In this document: one piece after another, positions 23,773-33,049 of the stretch
How positions within the stretch are numbered: position 1 is the stretch's first letter
Layout of the letters: every line of letters begins with the position of its first letter
DNA from: a virus
Taxonomy: Duplodnaviria > Caudoviricetes
Strand: one strand, 5' to 3'
Length of the DNA stretch: 40,454 nucleotides
IMG/VR virus record: IMGVR_UViG_3300044805_000038
Location: 1-40,454 of that record
Program-made: the position numbers and the translations under genes
Notes under the pieces: model-generated
What the model was told of the DNA's origin: nothing
Seen by the model: only the letters and a program-made list of their open reading frames with translations
Databases searched by the model: none

Positions 23773-24479
23773 CAGCCTTGCGAGTCCACCAAGCCGGGAA
23801 AGCCACCGAACGGTAGGCGGCTACCGGAGCCGAAACGTAATTTGCAACTCTCCAGTCGTTTGCCGCACGCATCCTGCGCCAAGGCGCCGACCACGTTGTC
23901 ATTCGCGTCCCAGTAGCTTGCGCCGTTGTAGTGGCAGCCGATGTTGTCGCGGTAAATCCACTGGCATTGTTCGCGCAACAAACGGCGACCGGGAAGACTA
24001 CGGCCTTCAAGATCGAACGGGACAGAAAGCTGGAACGTGACCGACAATTTTGTTTCGTTGGTCTTCTGTTCCACAACCCATTGATCTGGTCCCCAGTAGG
24101 CATCCGGATCGGCTGCAGGTTGACCGTCAAGGTAGGTGGTCAGTGTGCGGATGCGCTGCACCGTGGCGCCAACCAAGTCGTCGTAGGTGTTTGTTAGTCC
24201 GGTGATAGCGAGGCCGACATTGGCAAAGGTGATGCTGGGGCGTTCCAGTTGACCGCTGGTGTTCAGCTCAAAGCCACTTGCTTGTAGTGGCAACGCAACG
24301 TATGTATTGCCGTCATAGATAACATCGGCGCCGTTAACTTGCGACCAATTACAGAAACGATAAATCGACTGGTCAACAGAGCCAGCCGGAAGCAATACGG
24401 CAATATCCAGCGTAAAAAGATCAACAACCTCGGGAAGTTGCGTCTTAAATGTTTGAGCGTTAGGAGGAGTTTGTGTCAT
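23772..24479 (-). CDS. Minor tail protein (lambda L-like)
   Basis: DDLVGATVQRIRT..YLD; C-terminal Cys cluster CQW.Y..C.Y..D.CGKRLESCKLRF..PFGGFPG. Confidence 0.92.
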   Translation of the reverse strand: MTQTPPNAQTFKTQLPEVVDLFTLDIAVLLPAGSVDQSIYRFCNWSQVNGADVIYDGNTYVALPLQASGFELNTSGQLERPSITFANVGLAITGLTNTYDDLVGATVQRIRTLTTYLDGQPAADPDAYWGPDQWVVEQKTNETKLSVTFQLSVPFDLEGRSLPGRRLLREQCQWIYRDNIGCHYNGASYWDANDNVVGALAQDACGKRLESCKLRFGSGSRLPFGGFPGLVDSQG

Positions 24480-24997
24480 ACGTAAATTCGCACCAGCTCA
24501 AAGCTCACTTTCATGTATGCAGAACTTACTGGCGTCATCTCCCAGCCACTTGCCAAAATGTAGTTTCTGGCTGCCAGCGTCAAGGTTATATCAACCACGG
24601 TGCCGTTGCTGATTGTGACTGAAGTTAAAAGGCCGGTTGCAAGGTTGGCTGTGTAATTTGTCGGTCGCGTATAACCGGCAAGTGTCAAAGAAGAAATATT
24701 GTCGTAGCCAAGATTCAGCACACCAGAAGCAAACGGGCGCTGAAAATTCTTAGTGGCAAGTGGCGGGGTCCAACTAATTTGCTGCCCTTTTTTACTAAGC
24801 AAAAAACTTTCAATCGAATACGCGCTGGAATACGGAAGTGGCGGCGTCTCACATTGCCAACGCTCCTGATCAATGTTTAAGCCATCGGTAAGAATTTGGC
24901 TATAACCATCCCCAAAATTGATTAATTGGCGGCGCTGTGTACGACGAACCGGTGTGGCCATCACCAGCGGAATGTCATCAAAGTTGATGTAGGCCAT
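24476..24997 (-). CDS. Distal tail protein (lambda M-like)
   Basis: FGDGYSQ..DGLN, FL..WTPP motifs; directly after the tape measure gene. Confidence 0.82.
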   Translation of the reverse strand: MAYINFDDIPLVMATPVRRTQRRQLINFGDGYSQILTDGLNIDQERWQCETPPLPYSSAYSIESFLLSKKGQQISWTPPLATKNFQRPFASGVLNLGYDNISSLTLAGYTRPTNYTANLATGLLTSVTISNGTVVDITLTLAARNYILASGWEMTPVSSAYMKVSFELVRIYV

Positions 24998-27090
24998 TAC
25001 AGGATGCCTCCGCTGCGCTTCTGATTGACCAGTGTTGCCATCACGATACCTTGAACTTGGCTGGCAATCTGTTTCTGTGCAGCAGGGCTGAGGTTTTCAC
25101 CAGTGTTCTGCACGGTGATGTTGACTGCACCAACCTGAACGCCGCCGCCAAAGCCGCCCGCAGGAGCAATGCCACCACTGCGACCCGGCATAAACAGCTC
25201 AGGGCCACGTTCGCCCACCAAATAGGGCTGACCAGCCATGACAGAGCCGCCATTCGCCCGTTGTCGAATGCCGTAATTCGGTCCAAGCGTTCCATAATTA
25301 CCAACACGACCACCGCCAGCGCCAATAGGGGTGGTGGAACTAAATGGCGTAAGGAATGCTCGGATTGAATTAATTGCCTGCTCAATCACGAAAATGCGTA
25401 GCAGTTGATTAGCAATGTCAACCAAAACGCCAGAAGCAATTTGTTGGAGACTTTGCTGCCAACTTTGCGATCCCTGAATGAGCAAATCAAATGTATTTGT
25501 CAATCCCTGACCGAGGGCGCCGGCAATTCCATCCGCTAGTGCCTTTTGTTGTTGAACTGCTGTGTTGAGTTGATATTGCTGCTCAATATGCTTTTTCAAT
25601 GCGTCCATATGGTCCTGATCTTGCTGGCGCTGGATTTCCGCCATACTGCGTTGCGTTTCGCGCTGATTCGCAATTAATGCTGTATTGCCTTCAAAAATAA
25701 TGGCTTCTTGAGCGCGTAAATCTTTTTCAGCAGCAAGTTGCTGTGCATATTTGTATTGCAAATCAACTTCGCGTTGCATACCCTGCAGACGCGCCGCAAG
25801 CATCGGGTCGCGTGCGGCTTGTGCTGCGGCAATTTTGTCTTGCAGGTCTGAATTAATACGCAGGATGCCGCCTTCTGCGATTCGATCACGCACAACTTCC
25901 GCGACGCGCTGCCTCTCCTCGGCTGCTGCTTTAGCGGCACGCTTCGCATCATTTGCAGCCTTGGACGAGCTGCGCCCACCTCCAGTTTCACCAAGCAAGG
26001 CCGGTGGAGCACCTGTAGCGGGACCATTAACGGGTAAAAGGGTTGACCTGCCTTGCGGAGCAACAAGGCCAAGTGTTTTATCTAAATCTTTCTGCAGGCT
26101 GCCACGAAGTTTTCTTAATTCAACCAATTTTGCCTGTATTTGTTTTTCGGCAACGCTGCCCGGACGAATTTTGTTTAACTGGCTTTGATTTGCCGTAATA
26201 AATCTGTTAATGCCCGCAATTTGGCCTTGCAATTCATCCGAAGTTTTACCGCGCAGACCTGCCAAAAATGCTCTGTATTGAGCCTGCATATATTGCAAGC
26301 CCTGAACAAATCCATTAACAAAAGCGGTCAGATCATCCAGCGCAATTTTTAACGCTGGCGCAAGAGTATTACCAATCTCTCTGGCCAAGGCATCAACACC
26401 ATCTTGCAAAGTGCTGAATTTACCTTGGAGGGTTGTTGATTGAGCGATGGCGCCATTGGCATATTTACCACCCGCATTTGTCAAATTTTGAATAGCCTGT
26501 TCAACAGCTTTGGCGCTAAACCTTCCCTTCTCTAGTGCTTTCCTAAATTCCTCACCACTCATCCCATACATGCGCTGCAGTTCTTTTTGCAGTGCGATGC
26601 CACGCTCTTGGAATTGCAGCAGTTCCTCACCCTGCAAGCGCCCCTTGGCCTGCACCTGACCGTAGGCAGTGACCAATCCCTGTAGCTCGGCGCCGGTCGC
26701 ACCCGAAACGTCAGCCAAGCGGCGAGTTGTTTCTACAACTGCATTGGCCTCAATACCAAATGCCTGTAATCGTTTAGCTGCATCAATTAACTCGGTGCTC
26801 GTAAACGGTGTTACCGCGCCAAGCCGCTGAAGCTCGCTGATAATCTGTTTTGATTTTTGGGCGCTACCAGTTAAAACCTCAAGGGACTTGGCTTGACTTT
26901 CAATTTCCGCCGTTTTGGCAAAAACAAATTTGGCCGCTTGAATTGCCGAAAAGCCAGCCGCTAATTTTCCAATGCTGGCGGTTAAACCACCAATACCAGC
27001 CTGTGCCTGTTTTGAAGCATTGTTGATATTGCGGAGCTGATCAACCGCGCCACGACTATTTACCTGTACGTCAACGACAGCTACGGCCAC
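24997..27090 (-). CDS. Tape measure protein
   Basis: 697 aa helical; TPF, YGQVQAKGRLQGEELLQFQERGI tape-measure domain; RANGGSV..YLVGERGPELF. Confidence 0.92.
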   Translation of the reverse strand: MAVAVVDVQVNSRGAVDQLRNINNASKQAQAGIGGLTASIGKLAAGFSAIQAAKFVFAKTAEIESQAKSLEVLTGSAQKSKQIISELQRLGAVTPFTSTELIDAAKRLQAFGIEANAVVETTRRLADVSGATGAELQGLVTAYGQVQAKGRLQGEELLQFQERGIALQKELQRMYGMSGEEFRKALEKGRFSAKAVEQAIQNLTNAGGKYANGAIAQSTTLQGKFSTLQDGVDALAREIGNTLAPALKIALDDLTAFVNGFVQGLQYMQAQYRAFLAGLRGKTSDELQGQIAGINRFITANQSQLNKIRPGSVAEKQIQAKLVELRKLRGSLQKDLDKTLGLVAPQGRSTLLPVNGPATGAPPALLGETGGGRSSSKAANDAKRAAKAAAEERQRVAEVVRDRIAEGGILRINSDLQDKIAAAQAARDPMLAARLQGMQREVDLQYKYAQQLAAEKDLRAQEAIIFEGNTALIANQRETQRSMAEIQRQQDQDHMDALKKHIEQQYQLNTAVQQQKALADGIAGALGQGLTNTFDLLIQGSQSWQQSLQQIASGVLVDIANQLLRIFVIEQAINSIRAFLTPFSSTTPIGAGGGRVGNYGTLGPNYGIRQRANGGSVMAGQPYLVGERGPELFMPGRSGGIAPAGGFGGGVQVGAVNITVQNTGENLSPAAQKQIASQVQGIVMATLVNQKRSGGIL

Positions 27091-27118
27091 AGCAACGCAC
27101 TAACCCTGTCTTTGCAGT

Positions 27119-27303
27119 CTATCGCCGTGCTCTGGCGTTGGCCTTATCCATCTCGTCTTTTTCGCGCTTCGCCTTGACCTCGTGGTAGGCAGCAAACATT
27201 ACGAATTCGGCTTCCGTCAACTGAGCGCGTAATTCGCTGACGGTTTTACCTAGTTCCGTCGCCAGGAAGAACTCAAAGAACAGCCAAGAGTCTTCCTCTA
27301 GTC
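27119..27303 (-). CDS. Tail chaperone GT extension (-1 frame)
   Basis: Startless frame RLEEDSWLFFEFFLATELGKTVSELRAQLTEAEFVMFAAYHEVKAKREKDEMDKANARARR* after the slippery run GCA AAA AAA GAC TAG. Confidence 0.82.
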
Positions 27304-27657
27304 TTTTTTTGCTTCGTCCAGCAGCGGCGGAGCGCCCAAGCCAAACAGGAACAGCTCCAGCTCGTTCAGCACCGATTCGGGCAGCTCACGCTGCAGCTTG
27401 GCAGCATCAGCAGAGGCAAACGCTTTGGTGCCATCCTCAAGCTCAGCCATTTGACACAGCATTTGCGTGCTGATGTCCAATGCTTCCTCAGAACCAGCCA
27501 GGGTGCCAGCACGCTTACGGTCGGCTCGGGTAATTGGCTTGAAATATAGATCCAGCACCGCTTGCCCAGCATCATTGGTGACGCTGAATTTACGGCGCTG
27601 GTTCAGATCAAAAGCGCCAGTGAGCAGGTCAACGGCGCGGGGTGTAGCAGCAGGCAT
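27298..27657 (-). CDS. Tail assembly chaperone (G-like)
   Basis: Between tube and tape measure genes; ends EAKKD at an A7 run (27304-27310). Confidence 0.82.
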   Translation of the reverse strand: MPAATPRAVDLLTGAFDLNQRRKFSVTNDAGQAVLDLYFKPITRADRKRAGTLAGSEEALDISTQMLCQMAELEDGTKAFASADAAKLQRELPESVLNELELFLFGLGAPPLLDEAKKD

Positions 27658-28076
27658 CAGATACTAAGGGTGAGAGCACCAGATGTGACGAAGTTAACCG
27701 TCACAATTTCGATCTCGCCAACCGTAGCACTGTATTCAGAGCCTGTCACCACAAGCGTGCCGGTAATCTTCTTACCGCCAGTCTCGTCCAAGTACAGCTC
27801 AAAAGCTGCATCAGCTTCGTCGGTGGCTTGGTTAACGTCCTTGATCAGGTCTAGCTTGTCGCCAGAGCCAGGGGCGTCATACAGCAGTTCAATGGTGCCC
27901 GAACCGCTGATCAGACCACCCACGTTGGCACGATAAGTGTCGCCGTGGTCGGTCACATCCAGCGATTCCTTTTCGACGGTCATAGACCATGACCGCACTG
28001 CTGCGATCTCGGACAGACCGCCGCTACCGGCTTTGTCAAAGAAAACAGTGCCTTGTTGACCGCGATAAAAAGCCAT
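27657..28076 (-). CDS. Tail tube protein, paralog 2
   Basis: Acidic beta protein; RSWSMTVEKESLDVT..GGLISGSG. Confidence 0.8.
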   Translation of the reverse strand: MAFYRGQQGTVFFDKAGSGGLSEIAAVRSWSMTVEKESLDVTDHGDTYRANVGGLISGSGTIELLYDAPGSGDKLDLIKDVNQATDEADAAFELYLDETGGKKITGTLVVTGSEYSATVGEIEIVTVNFVTSGALTLSI

Positions 28077-28078
28077 GA

Positions 28079-28495
28079 TCAGATGCCCAGAGTGATGTCG
28101 CCGTTGGTCACGAAGTTCAGGGTAATGACTTCGATCTCACCGACAGTGGCAGAGTATTCAGCCGAGGTGATGACACCATCAAAACTGATTTTTTTGGTGC
28201 CAGTGGTGTCAAGGAATAGCTCAAACAGAGCCAAGCCCTCATCGTTTGCCGTATTGACGTGTTCAATGAAGACGTTGGTTTCGTCCGCGCTAGAAGCGGT
28301 GTAAAGGATTTCGCAGGTGCCAGAACCGCTAATCAAACCGCCTACGTTGGCACGATAGGTAGCGCCCAAGGCGGTGGTGTCCAGCGATTCCTTTTCAACG
28401 GTCAAAGACCAAGAGCGGGTGCTGGTGATAGCTGCGGCAGAAGAGCCAGCATCGTCAAACTTGACGCTGCCTTGCTGTCCCCGGTAGAAGGCCAT
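28079..28495 (-). CDS. Tail tube protein, paralog 1
   Basis: MAFYRGQQG..RSWSLTVEKESLDTT..GGLISGSGT; collinear with paralog 2. Confidence 0.8.
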   Translation of the reverse strand: MAFYRGQQGSVKFDDAGSSAAAITSTRSWSLTVEKESLDTTALGATYRANVGGLISGSGTCEILYTASSADETNVFIEHVNTANDEGLALFELFLDTTGTKKISFDGVITSAEYSATVGEIEVITLNFVTNGDITLGI

Positions 28496-28497
28496 GG

Positions 28498-28923
28498 TTA
28501 GAGATCCTCGAAGGTTTCAAAGGTCAATCTGACCTGTGTTTGGAAGTAACCCTCTGGAGCTGGCGATGCCACCACCTCGGGTCCAGTAGGCGGATCAAAA
28601 TGAACGCCACTGACTACTTGCCTATTGTAAAGGTCACGGATTCGCTTACCTATTGTCAGATTTGCGCCAGGTCCAACACCCTTTGGCGTAAAGACATTCA
28701 TCACGATGACACCGATGACGCTGTTACTGCTGCCAGTGGTGCCACCCATCGTCAGGAAGTTATTGCTGCCAAAGCTGACAAGGCATTGGACAAAGGAGCT
28801 GTTAGGCGTTGGGGTTGAGGGTTGGTTGTGAAACACAACCGGGATCACTGGGGACAATGCCAGCTCAGTAGCAAGCCTGCCCTCGATGGTTGAACGGATG
28901 GTGTTGAGGTTGACGGCTGCCAT
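28498..28923 (-). CDS. Tail terminator protein
   Basis: Position before the tube genes; GVIVMNVFTPKGVG motif. Confidence 0.7.
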   Translation of the reverse strand: MAAVNLNTIRSTIEGRLATELALSPVIPVVFHNQPSTPTPNSSFVQCLVSFGSNNFLTMGGTTGSSNSVIGVIVMNVFTPKGVGPGANLTIGKRIRDLYNRQVVSGVHFDPPTGPEVVASPAPEGYFQTQVRLTFETFEDL

Positions 28924-29327
28924 CAGTCTTCCCTCCCAATGCGATCAGCTTGCTGTTGCACATATGCTTGCATCTCGCGGGCGATGCGATCTGGCCAACC
29001 CGCAGGCGCTTGTTTTGACCAGTTTTCGTAAGCAAGTCTGTAAGCATATGGCAGGCTGTTGTGGATGTGATAGACCGACCCAAGACGTTCAACCTGATAA
29101 TCCAATTTGCGTGGTGGGGTGATGCCGGTAGGACTAGTTTGCGGTCCAGCATCGTATCCTGGTGTACCCTGTTCGCTAATTGCCCAACTCAAACGAAAAC
29201 GCCCAGTATCAACAGGGCTTTCTTGCTTCAATCTGCTATCAGTTTCAAGTACAACTGCTCGCAGCAGTTTCTCCATTTTTTCCTCGGCGTAGCCTCCGAT
29301 CTGCGATAGGTTGATGCGTCGTGCCAC
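28923..29327 (-). CDS. Tail completion / neck protein (HK97 gp10-like)
   Basis: SPVDTGRFRLSW, NSLPYA.RL, SKQAPAGW. Confidence 0.8.
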   Translation of the reverse strand: MARRINLSQIGGYAEEKMEKLLRAVVLETDSRLKQESPVDTGRFRLSWAISEQGTPGYDAGPQTSPTGITPPRKLDYQVERLGSVYHIHNSLPYAYRLAYENWSKQAPAGWPDRIAREMQAYVQQQADRIGRED

Positions 29328-29683
29328 TATGCCCTCAGGATTAGCTCGTGCGTAATAGCCGTGTTGTCCTGTTCAATCGTAGTGACCCTAATAATCTGAT
29401 GGCTCACGCTGCTGATCACTACACGGTCAGCCGTGCTAGGTGCTGCTGCAAGGTCTGCCGCAGCTACCGTCAGTTTCTTGTCGCTTGCTTGAATCAGCTC
29501 GTTCACCTCACGAGCGTTCACATCCTCAAGCACGCCACGCACTGCAGTGTCAGCAGTGGTTTCTGTGATGGCGCCAGTGGTTGTGTTGTAAGCCCCTGGA
29601 GTCACTACACGAATTGTTACTTCACCACCAAACTTTGCCATCAACTTGCTGGCAACCTTGCGTAGCGGTACAGCTAATGCCAT
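29327..29683 (-). CDS. Head closure protein
   Basis: KFG..V..GAYNTTTG..I...D; synteny. Confidence 0.7.
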   Translation of the reverse strand: MALAVPLRKVASKLMAKFGGEVTIRVVTPGAYNTTTGAITETTADTAVRGVLEDVNAREVNELIQASDKKLTVAAADLAAAPSTADRVVISSVSHQIIRVTTIEQDNTAITHELILRA

Positions 29684-29937
29684 CAGAGTTTATATGCTAC
29701 GCAATGACCGTTTTGTAGTTTTATGCTTGTGAACACGCCATAAATCGTCGTTGCAGAGCTAAATGTTTGACCAGAAATAGTATTGCCGTCATAGTTTTGG
29801 GCAATAATTTCATTAACCTGCGTATTGCTTGTAAAGTGAATAGCGCCCCATCGTCCAGTGCGTGTAGCTGTATCGCTGATGTAAGTAGCGCCAACTGAGT
29901 AATCAATAGCCAGGTAGTTGGTGTCACTCATGATCAA
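29683..29937 (-). CDS. Small virion-associated beta protein, paralog B
   Basis: YISDTATRTGRWGAI..GVFTSIKLQNGHCVAYKL. Confidence 0.65.
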   Translation of the reverse strand: MIMSDTNYLAIDYSVGATYISDTATRTGRWGAIHFTSNTQVNEIIAQNYDGNTISGQTFSSATTIYGVFTSIKLQNGHCVAYKL

Positions 29938-30161
29938 AGCCTGTATGCAACAACAGTGCCACTGGTCAGAGTGATGCTGGTAAAGACGCCTTCAATTTCA
30001 GTGCTTGCCTTAAAGGGAATGGCGCTCAACGTGTTGCCGGTCCAGTCCATAGCGGTCAGGCTAGCAATCACCGAATCCTCAAGCGCCACAATCTTCCCAA
30101 AGCGCCCGGCATGTGCTGCGGTGTCATCAATAAACTCAGCACTGGGATACGGGTAACCCAT
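29934..30161 (-). CDS. Small virion-associated beta protein, paralog A
   Basis: FIDDTAAHAGRFGKI..GVFTSITLTSGTVVAYRL. Confidence 0.65.
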   Translation of the reverse strand: MGYPYPSAEFIDDTAAHAGRFGKIVALEDSVIASLTAMDWTGNTLSAIPFKASTEIEGVFTSITLTSGTVVAYRL

Positions 30162-30163
30162 GA

Positions 30164-30727
30164 TCAGCTCCGGCGAATCGAAAAGTTGCCTGGTCCACTA
30201 ATTCTAAGCCCCGTCAAATACCGCTCCATGATTGGCGGCACTTTGTCAGCGCCCACCGCTCCATAACCCAAATTCGGCGTCACGTCAATGCTGCCAATTT
30301 TGACGTTCTTATAATCTTCCAAGCCGCTTAAGCCAATGCCATCTGGGTTGTTATTCAGGTAGACCGCCAATACAACCTGCGCCCTTTTGATCTGATCCGG
30401 GATTTCAGTGTCGGTAAAATAATCCGTAGAGATCCGAAACGGGAAGCCGACTGTGTAGGTGTTGATATAGGTGTCTGGCTTGCGCACACCAGTACGCGGC
30501 CATTGCAGCGCCTGCGTATCAGTAGCACGGGCTCCTAAATATCGCTCACGGTCTAACCGTTGTGTTGCGGTATAAAGGGCACGATTTTTTTGATCAGTGG
30601 TAGCTGATGCCCATGCGGTTACATCAGCATCCTCTACAAGACCATCAATGATCGTCTGGGCGTCCGCCAGAGTCAGATAAGAGTTGGCGCTTGCCGACCC
30701 GACGGTTGCGACGATTACTACTGCCAT
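30164..30727 (-). CDS. Head-tail adaptor
   Basis: ANSYLTLADA, AL..AT..LD, QALQWPR, IP.QIKRAQ. Confidence 0.8.
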   Translation of the reverse strand: MAVVIVATVGSASANSYLTLADAQTIIDGLVEDADVTAWASATTDQKNRALYTATQRLDRERYLGARATDTQALQWPRTGVRKPDTYINTYTVGFPFRISTDYFTDTEIPDQIKRAQVVLAVYLNNNPDGIGLSGLEDYKNVKIGSIDVTPNLGYGAVGADKVPPIMERYLTGLRISGPGNFSIRRS

Positions 30728-30842
30728 CGTTGGGTGGCTCCTTTGGTTCTAGTGTAGGCGCAGGCTCTGCAATAGAAAGAGAGGCTGCTTCCGTAGAAGC
30801 AACCTCACGATCACGCAGTCGCCGGAAAGCGAACAGCCCCAT
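30645..30842 (-). CDS. Hypothetical protein after the capsid cluster
   Basis: MGLFAFRRLR start coupled (TGATG) to the upstream stop. Confidence 0.5.
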   Translation of the reverse strand: MGLFAFRRLRDREVASTEAASLSIAEPAPTLEPKEPPNDGSSNRRNRRVGKRQLLSDSGGRPDDH

Positions 30843-31213
30843 CAGGCGTTAGCGCCCTTGATTACAGCAAAGCTAAGCACAATGGCTTGGCTAAGCGAAC
30901 CGCCAGACACGTTACGCACCGTGATCGCAAAGGATCCCGCTGCAATAGCGTTGGCTTCGACGGTATAGGCACCGGCAGTGCCCGCCGATGAGTGGTTAAC
31001 GATCACAACGTCATTGGCAGCAACAGTGCTGTTGGTAACAGTGAAGCTGACGTTGGTGGCATCAGCCAGTGCTGCGCCGTTCATGGTGATCGCCCCACAA
31101 ACTTTGTTGAGGGTGACACCAGTGGACTTGCTGGTGGCTTGGGTAACCGCACCACCAGTGCCGCTGACGTAGCCAATGGCACTGCCAGCAGTTACTTCAA
31201 AGAGGGAAGCCAT
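30842..31213 (-). CDS. Capsid decoration / head fibre-like protein
   Basis: Ala/Gly/Thr-rich beta protein right after the MCP (VTQATSKSTGVTLN). Confidence 0.6.
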   Translation of the reverse strand: MASLFEVTAGSAIGYVSGTGGAVTQATSKSTGVTLNKVCGAITMNGAALADATNVSFTVTNSTVAANDVVIVNHSSAGTAGAYTVEANAIAAGSFAITVRNVSGGSLSQAIVLSFAVIKGANA

Positions 31214-31224
31214 AATTAGTTACC

Positions 31225-32250
31225 TCAATCGAAGTTGGAAGTGTTGGTTGCACGCACGACACCAATATTCTTGGTTTCGTACACCTTCGACCAGTTGCCG
31301 ATGGTCTCCAGTTGAGCACGGGTCGGGTTGACAGTGCTCACGCCCCACTTGGCACCAACAGGGTGGTACACGTAGTGGAGGTCGATCGACATGGCATCGC
31401 TCTTGGCGAGGATGTCACGGTCAGTTTCCGTCTGAAGAGCCAGCTGCTCACCGCTGGCGACAGCGCCGTTGGTGAAGAAGTAAGTGGCATATTCAGTGGA
31501 ACCGCCACTGCCTGCGGTCTGCACATCGTCAGAGACGATGACACGCAAGCCCATGTACGTTGGCACGCTGGCGTCACCGCCGTAAGCGCCAACAAGGGAG
31601 CCACCGGATTGAGTGGTGGTAGTGCCACGAGCTTCAAGGGTGGACACGTAGTCGATCGCCTTGCGCTCAACGAGGTCGTAATAGACCTTGCTGTGCATAC
31701 AAATGGCGGTCAGCTTGTCACCTTGATCGCCCAGCAGGCTGCGGGCTTCAGCAACGTGCCGAGGGGACAGCACGGTTGGGGTGTCAGCGGTCAGACCATC
31801 AATCGTCAGATCGACGAAGGATGCGCTGTCGTTGCTGCCCAGGCTGCCAAACACACCAGCCAAGCAGGACAGGAGGTCCTTCTGGCGCTGGTTAGCAATG
31901 TAGTCAGCAATCTTGGCGCCGATAGCAGCCATGGGGTCGGAACCTGCGGCAAGTGCAGCGAGGTCACGGCTTTCGAAGGCACGCCCACGGTGCAGGATCA
32001 CGCCAACTTGCTTGTCAGCAGTGATTTTGCCAGGGGTCAGCGAGGTGCTGTCAGACAGCACTTCGAAGTCACCAGTCAGGTTTGCCTTAAAGAAAGGCAC
32101 GTTAATGAAGTCACCACCCTCGGTTGCGTTCAGCTCAGCCATCGGCTGCACCACACCGGATGCCAGGAAGGCATCACGCTGGGTGGTCTGCTCAATGACG
32201 TAAGGCGTAAAAATCTCGGGGATGATGATGTCAGAGCGAAGAGTCGCCAT
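31225..32250 (-). CDS. Major capsid protein
   Basis: 341 aa after the scaffold; DIIIPEIFTPYV, AGSDPMAAI, MHSKVY, GLRVIVSDD, ETDRDIL; strong codon bias. Confidence 0.9.
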   Translation of the reverse strand: MATLRSDIIIPEIFTPYVIEQTTQRDAFLASGVVQPMAELNATEGGDFINVPFFKANLTGDFEVLSDSTSLTPGKITADKQVGVILHRGRAFESRDLAALAAGSDPMAAIGAKIADYIANQRQKDLLSCLAGVFGSLGSNDSASFVDLTIDGLTADTPTVLSPRHVAEARSLLGDQGDKLTAICMHSKVYYDLVERKAIDYVSTLEARGTTTTQSGGSLVGAYGGDASVPTYMGLRVIVSDDVQTAGSGGSTEYATYFFTNGAVASGEQLALQTETDRDILAKSDAMSIDLHYVYHPVGAKWGVSTVNPTRAQLETIGNWSKVYETKNIGVVRATNTSNFD

Positions 32251-32322
32251 GAAGAATCACCAGGGTTGAGTTGGAAGGATGGGCACAGCCCTACATCACC
32301 AGCACAGCCGGTTTGTAACAGC

Positions 32323-32997
32323 TTAGCGGTTAGCTTGAGCCTTCATCCGATCATACAGATCACGATCTGTTCGATACAGTCGTGCCTGTTCGGTCAGATT
32401 AAAGCTGTCGCGGCTAAACGGGTTGACCATCCCAGCAGGGACGGCACCGCCAACATTGCCGCCCGATGGCGCACCACTGCCCTGCGGCTTGGGTTGCTTC
32501 TGCATCCATGCTGGCAAAGTCTTTGCCCACTCGGCAACAGGCACACGTTTGTACCCATCAACCACAACCACGCTGCCGTCAGCCTCGCGTTCGATAGCTT
32601 CAGGCTTCAGCTTAGTCTTGAGCACCATGTCTGGGTCATGGACAATTTCAGCTAGTGCCGTGACAGCAGGCGTCACCAGCTCCAGTTCTCGCACTCGGGC
32701 TTCAAGCTGGCTGATGCGCTGGTCCTTTTCTGCCGTCGCCTCACGGAACTGCTGCTCCAGAGCTTGTCTTGCTTCTGAATACTTGCCTTGTGATTCAAGT
32801 TGCTGTTGCTCGTAGTTGCGTTTGAATTCCAGCAGCTCGTCAACATTGACTCCATCCGGCACAGCCTTTGCTTGGGCGATGGCTTTTTTGTACTCGTCCA
32901 ACAACTCTGAGTTCTTGCGCCGCATGGCGTCAAGTTCAGCTTGCATGTTGGCTACTTCGGCATTTTGCTCCACAGGAGCTTGTGCTTCATCAGACAT
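32323..32997 (-). CDS. Capsid scaffolding protein
   Basis: Coiled coil, GSGAP linker, C-terminal NPF..FNLTEQARL. Confidence 0.85.
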   Translation of the reverse strand: MSDEAQAPVEQNAEVANMQAELDAMRRKNSELLDEYKKAIAQAKAVPDGVNVDELLEFKRNYEQQQLESQGKYSEARQALEQQFREATAEKDQRISQLEARVRELELVTPAVTALAEIVHDPDMVLKTKLKPEAIEREADGSVVVVDGYKRVPVAEWAKTLPAWMQKQPKPQGSGAPSGGNVGGAVPAGMVNPFSRDSFNLTEQARLYRTDRDLYDRMKAQANR

Positions 32998-33049
32998 GGA
33001 CTAGCCACAGGCTTAGTTACGCTGCGATCGTACAGCTTCTGACACAAAA

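Noticed and set aside
31312-32655. 447-aa + strand ORF
   Set aside because: Antisense shadow of the strongly codon-biased capsid and scaffold genes, with no protein-like motifs. The same applies to the many reverse ORFs across J, portal and terL.
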